Below are positions 27,695 through 33,054 of a stretch of 33,054 nucleotides of DNA, one piece after another. This DNA is from Lenisia limosa (Eukaryota; Protista; Breviatea). Under the pieces are notes generated by a model. That model was not told the origin of the DNA. It was given only the letters and a program-made list of their open reading frames with translations, and did no database searches. Each line of letters starts with the position of its first letter. Within the stretch, counting starts at the first letter, position 1. The DNA lies in contig LPNZ01006344.1 of the NCBI GenBank assembly GCA_001655205.1, positions 1 through 33,054 of the forward strand. The letters run 5' to 3'. A program made the position numbers and the translations under genes.

Positions 27695-27955
27695 CTAAAT
27701 AAATATTATAATATTATTAAAACTAATTTTAGCGGAAGGAGAGCAGAAGAGAGAAGCCAAAAAGAGAACAAGCAAGAGAGCAGCCCAAGGAGGAGTGTTA
27801 AGCTGGGGGTACCATCGCAATACCATGAAAGATCCCCCAGCGAAAATTATTCCTAGCAATTTATATATATTATTATTATATTATCAGCGATTCTATAAAA
27901 ATATCAAACAAACACGCATGATCCTCTTCCAGTCAAGTTGATACCTCTTCCCCAT
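27695..27955 (-). CDS. Putative hydrophobic microprotein of about 65 aa, two exons
   Basis: MGKRYQLDWKRIM, a GT-AG intron (27915-27853), then RIIFAGGSFMVLRWYPQLNTPPWAALLLVLFLASLFCSPSAK...*. Two hydrophobic stretches. Confidence 0.4.
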
Positions 27956-28110
27956 TCCCAACAACCCCAAAACAACCCCAAAATAACCCATCTCACAGCA
28001 TAAGATTTGGACAAGATTTATTACACAATTACAACACCACCACTGTGATCGTTGCTTCTGCTCACTGGTCACTCATACAGCCCCGGAATCATCCATCTGG
28101 TCATTTTACG

Positions 28111-30004
28111 ATGGCTAAAAAGAAGAAAGTAGCTGTTGTGAATGTAAGAAATTGACTGGATTGTTTTAACTCTCAGAAAGCAGCAGTTGGAGTTCGAAAG
28201 GCAGAACCAAAAAAGAAGATTGTTTTCAAGAATGCCCTTGGAAACCCTTTTTCTTTTGAGTGGTTTGAGATGTTAACCTCCTTCCGTTGCCTTCATGACA
28301 ATAGTATTCAGTTTGTTCATATTTCAGGAAGAAGATGGATTTTGCAAAAGAGGATGTGCTTTTGAAAGACCTTATTAAGTATNNNNNNNNNNNNNNNNNN
28401 NNNNNNNNNNNNNNNNNNNNNNNNNNNNNNNNNNNNNNNNNNNNNNNNNNNNNNNNNNNNNNNNNNNNNNNNNNNNNNNNNNNNNNNNNNNNNNNNNNNN
28501 NNNNNNNNNNNNNNNNNNNNCCTATTATTTTTATGAAGAGATTAATTAATAAAGTTGAGATTAATGCAAGGAAGTGTGTATATTCTTGCAGTAGTAAATA
28601 TATATATTAAGTGTCTGAAATAGAGTTCTGGCTTGTCTCAATTAATTACACGGTCCCATCCCCCCTCTTATCCTTTGTCTTTTATTATAGGCATCTTGTT
28701 GTAACTTTTCTTGTTCTCACGCATTCAGATTTGTGAAGCCTTATGCAAGACCAGATGGAACAAATAAACTGCAGAGGAAGCTCGATGAGGAAAAGGGAAT
28801 TACTAAAAAGAGAGCAACAAATGTGGGTTGTGTTTTATTTTGTTTCATAAATTTGTTAAATTTTTTACTTCTCCCCCCTCCCTCCTTATTGTCTGTAGCC
28901 TCCCTTTATTATTGGAGTCAACCAAGCCTCCAGACTACTTCAAAGGCAAAACCAAGTTCTTAACAAAAACCCACAAATTGACTCTCAGAAGGTTTGTGGG
29001 TTATCCTGTATTTTTTTTTAGGGGTAAATGGTATTTTAGAAGTATTTACCACTTTCTTGAGCAGTTAGTGGTTTATACAGGTCTATTTTGTTACCTGGAC
29101 ATATAGTAATTTATGATGGTTTTGGTGGACTCACTCTTCAATAGTTAGGCACATTTTGAGCAAATCTAAGGTAAATAAGGGATTTTGAAAAAAAAAATGA
29201 CTCTGGCGGTATGGACTGCTTTCTCTGCTTTCATCACTCAAGTGTATTTTGAGGCTCTCTAATAAAATCTGCTGACGAGTGCGATGGAATTAGTATTAAA
29301 TACCTCCCATATCTATCGAGCGAAACGATCGCTCGAGAGGTATTTTTTTGTTGAGTTTTGTCGGTCAATATGATCCAACAAAACAAAAAAATCGCCCTAT
29401 GTCATCCAGCTTGTGTATTTACCATGAATGCTATTAAAGCAGCTTCACTTTCCTTTTCAGAAGGTTGCTGGACTTGTGACGGTTTTGTCAGGACCCTCTA
29501 AGAACCTCTCAAATCACTTACTGAGCCAGGTGAGCAAATTACTCTTTTGTAGGAGTTGAATTTGGTCTTTGTCCGAATTGAACCAAGGGAATTTTTTTAA
29601 AATATATTGTACATATCCGATTTCTTTGTAAAAGTTGTTTGTCTCATACAATAGAGCTGGTCAGGTGGAATTTCTAAGAGAAGTTTGGCGGTAAAACACG
29701 AAAACAGCTTGAAACTTGCTGCAGCGCTCAACATTCCCCATTTCTCCGTGATTTCAATCTTGGTAAGGGAGCGATTCTTTGTTTGTGAAGACTGTGATAG
29801 TCCAAGATAATTGGTTGATTATTGATTCAATAGGATGTACCAGAAAGCCAAGGCATCTTGAAGCGAATCGAAGAATCAGCACCGAAGCTCAACCTTTCAT
29901 GGATACCATCAACAGCCCCCCCTTCTCCCCAAGACCCACAACCCCCAGCAGTCGTCATTCACACTAAAATCGAAAGGCCCCTGCTCAAGCAAAATAAAAA
30001 GTAA
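28111..30004 (+). CDS. RPP38: RNase P/MRP subunit Rpp38/Pop3-like (L7Ae family)
   Basis: KIVFKNALGNPFSFEW, FIIGVNQASRLLQ, NLSNHLL, LKLAAALNIPHFSVISI and PKLNLSWI follow the recalled Rpp38/Pop3 pattern (LNNPYIIRW, IGVNEVTRALE, ITSHL). Confidence 0.75.
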
Positions 30005-30370
30005 AAACAAAACAAGGAGGTACAATGGAAATATAGTGTAACACTCCAAAGTAGCAACGTTGTGTTATTCAGGGATTTTATTTTGAGAATGCGTGCTGTA
30101 CAACAATGCCTCTGTGGGTACTCGTTTTAACACATTATGTTTTGAGAGTCCTGTTGAAGAAATATTACCTTATTACTACATCTGATATGATAATTGTAAG
30201 ATGACACACACTTAATTAGTTTATTTCTTTACCCGATTCCCAGATTGCGAGTGAAAACTGAAAACTCCACATAACATATGATCATGATATACTCTTGACA
30301 ATTCCACAATATAAAATATAACACAAAATCAAACTAATATTATATTTGACAGACAATAACATAAACCTAT

Positions 30371-32063
30371 TTAAACTTTCTCTGGTGCATCATCGTCGTC
30401 GCCAACAATAAGTCTCTTAACACAGAGGAGGAAGCAGCACATGCAGGTGATCCAGAGGCCACCGATGACAAAAAACACGAGTCCGATAGTGAACTTCTGG
30501 AGGGCAGAGAGGCCGAAGTCCCATCCGAGCTCACCAGCCTTGATGAAGGGATCGTTCTTAGAACGGACAGTAAGCTATGTGATTAGACCAATCATGAAAA
30601 AAGGGGGTAGCGCTTTTAGAGAAGTATATATAGCAATGAGAAATAAAAAATAAGGTTGTATCTAGCCGAANNNNNNNNNNNNNNNNNNNNNNNNNNNNNN
30701 NNNNNNNNNNNNNNNNNNNNNNNNNNNNNNNNNNNNNNNNNNNNNNNNNNNNNNNNNNNNNNNNNNNNNNNNNNNNNNNGAAGCCGCTTACAGTGAGGGA
30801 GATGGTGTCGGTGGTGTTGAGGCCGAGAGTCCACTTCTCAACACCGGAGCGGAATGTCCATGCAGGCTCACATCCGGGGCCGCCGTTTGTGGAGTCAATA
30901 GCAAAGCCGGTGGAGGCGGTGTCAACCTTAACACAGGCGGTGCTGGCAACGGAGGGTTCGAGGCACTTCAGAGTGGCAGCGTTCCAAGTAGCTNNNNNNN
31001 NNNNNNNNNNNNNNNNNNNNNNNNNNNNNNNNNNNNNNNNNNNNNNNNNNNNNNNNNNNNNGCAGGGGGTCTTGGTGGTGGTGGTCTTGGTGGTGGCTCG
31101 GGTCTCGATGTCACGCTCCATAACTTCATATTCGTAGTCTTCTTCGACCTCGCGTTTGGTCTTGTCGCAGTCTCCAAGTCTGCGGAATTGTCATGAGTAC
31201 ATAAATTGAGGGAAAGTAAACACAACCTCGAAGAGAGAGAAAAAAAAAACAAGACTCTTCCGGAATCATACAAGATCCGACATACCTCCACGTGACATCC
31301 GTTTCTTCAAAGATGGTAAGAGACTGAGAAAACTGTGAAGTCTTTCCGTCCTTGTTGGTGGTGTTGAATTTGACGGTCTCTTCGTGCTTGTCCTTATACG
31401 CAAGAGTCCACATGTTAGCATTACTAAAAAAACAATGTCAGAAGTGAAGAGAATACGCCCAATGTAAATACATCCCAACCAACGTAAGCTCATAGTAAAG
31501 TGCTTGGTGAACAGTTACATCATCGTCGGAGTCGATACGAGTGTCAACAAGTGTCTTCTGGGCGAAATCGTGGGTAGCAATGGAAGGTGTTTCAAGAGCA
31601 ATGGCGGCATTGTCAAAAGCAGCACGTCCAGATGCAGTCCAGAGGTCAACAACCTCATTGTACCTGAGAGAGTAAGCAAGAAAATACCAATTGAGGATAC
31701 TTACTCCTTAACCCTGTCCTTGCGGCTGTTGTTGATAGCACTAAAGAGTCATAACAATATTTGAGACTTAAATAGAGTACAGTAGCATTCTCAAGAAAAA
31801 AAAGAAAAAAAAACACCCGCCAACGCCATGAAGAAAAAGAGGCCAATCAACACCAGGATAGGTCCTGTGCAAATGCAGCAGATGCTAAAAAGATAAACAA
31901 AAAAAAAAGTTACTAGAAAAAAGCACCCTCCTTACATGCAACAGAGACTCTCTCTTGCCGCTATAATGATTAGTAACAGTCTAAAGAACGACCTTCCACT
32001 AATATTTAGGCCAAACCAACCTCTTAAAATACCCATTGGGGTAAACTCAAAATCATCAAACAT
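30371..32063 (-). CDS. Uncharacterised two-TM membrane protein with a large central loop
   Basis: MFDDFEFTPMAARESLCCIICCICTGPILVLIGLFFFMAAINNSRKDRVKEYNEVVDLW...LTVRSKNDPFIKAGELGWDFGLSALQKFTIGLVFFVIGGLWITCMCCFLLCVKRLIVGDDDDAPEKV*. Strong codon bias. An N-gap lies within one exon. Confidence 0.8.
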
Positions 32064-32369
32064 TTTGATGTTTTACTCTTGAAATAGCTTATATATATAC
32101 AAGAATCGAACAAAAATCAATGCAAAGATAACTTCCGACAAAACAAGAGAAAAAACAAAAAAACCGTTTTTTGACTCCATTTTCGGGAGGGTTTATACCG
32201 ACTTGCCCGATTTTTTTGTTTTTCAAGACAAAGCTATCATCGTGTCAGCAGATATATAACACAACAAATAGATAGATTAATAGAGTTTGATTAATTGAAC
32301 AAGAAAAGAGGGGCAAGACAAATAAAACATAAGAGGAGACTGTAATCCTGACCTTTCTATTGCAACAAC

Positions 32370-32910
32370 ATGGAATTTTGCGACAGATGGTAAGTTTTGT
32401 GAAGTAGTAATTATTTCAGTCAAAATATGATGTACCCTACTGAGGACAGAGAGACGAGAAAGTTGATGAACTTTTGCAGGCAGTGCAATGACTCTGTGGA
32501 TGCAACTTCAAACAAGATATATGAGAATCTCATCATTCATAATGCCAGGTTTGAGAAATGGATAACTTTTTTTTAAGTCCAAGGGTGTATATTTCTTACT
32601 TAATGTTCAGAGAAAAGGCAACCGTGCTACAGGATGTTGCATCGGATACTTCTTTACCAAGAATTAATGGGGTCCATTGTGACAAGTGAGGGGGGGGGGG
32701 NNNNNNNNNNNNNNNNNNNNNNNNNNNNNNNNNNNNNNNNNNNNNNNNNNNNNNNNNNNNNNNNNNNNNNNNNNNNTTAATACTATGAGTTATTTGTCTA
32801 GGTGTGACAAAGAAGTCACAGCAGTGTTTTGTCAAGCAGCAACTGAAGACATGACCTTGTATATGGCTTGCACCCAGTGTAATCATCAGTGGAAGAGTAT
32901 TAATGAGTAA
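32370..32910 (+). CDS. RPB9: RNA polymerase II subunit RPB9
   Basis: Four exons give MEFCDRCQNMMYPTEDRETRKLMNFCRQC...DVASDTSLPR...CDKC...AVFCQAATEDMTLYMACTQCNHQW. Two zinc ribbons are present, and the RSADE acidic hairpin of RPC11/RPA12 is absent. Confidence 0.93.
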
Positions 32911-33054
32911 ACAATTTGATACTGTTAAAACTAAAGATGTTTTCTTTTGTGTGAAAATGGTCCTAAAATTACCAGTTGAATGGTTGCTAGTTTTGTAATG
33001 TATGTATAGTTCTTGGCTTCTACGGTCCTTTGTGTGGTGCGCAGGTGTGGTGTT

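Noticed and set aside
27506-27856. 116-aa plus-strand ORF
   Set aside because: It overlaps minus-strand exons with better start context and splice signals, crosses AT-rich intron-like sequence, and has no family motif.

Overview
This window is eukaryotic nuclear DNA, not prokaryotic: gene-dense and intron-rich, with mostly about 35-150 nt GT-AG introns (some longer), CTRAY-like branch points close to the acceptor, and the standard genetic code (TAA, TAG and TGA all act as stops). The ORF track therefore shows only exon fragments, and I rebuilt the gene models by hand-splicing. About 20 protein genes are supported. Those recognised from recalled family motifs are radial spoke head RSPH9, PP2A catalytic subunit, OST subunit KRTCAP2, a His-box sterol desaturase/fatty acid hydroxylase, acylphosphatase, a PNPOx-like FMN-binding protein, a short-clade PPi-dependent phosphofructokinase, a Zwilch-like kinetochore protein, an Rpp38/Pop3-like RNase P/MRP subunit and RPB9. 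The rest are uncharacterised. The gene set points to a flagellated protist, which I cannot place more precisely. I found no rRNA, tRNA, CRISPR or autonomous mobile element, and no clear new multi-gene system. The best leads are the Zwilch-like gene outside animals, the bacterial-like but intron-rich PPi-PFK, nested inverted repeats in one intron, a single-exon GC3 spike in PP2A, a Cys/His-rich insertion in the PNPOx-like protein, an internally duplicated orphan membrane protein and two very tightly spaced same-strand gene pairs. All homology calls come from recalled motifs, not database searches. Eight N-gaps interrupt the assembly.
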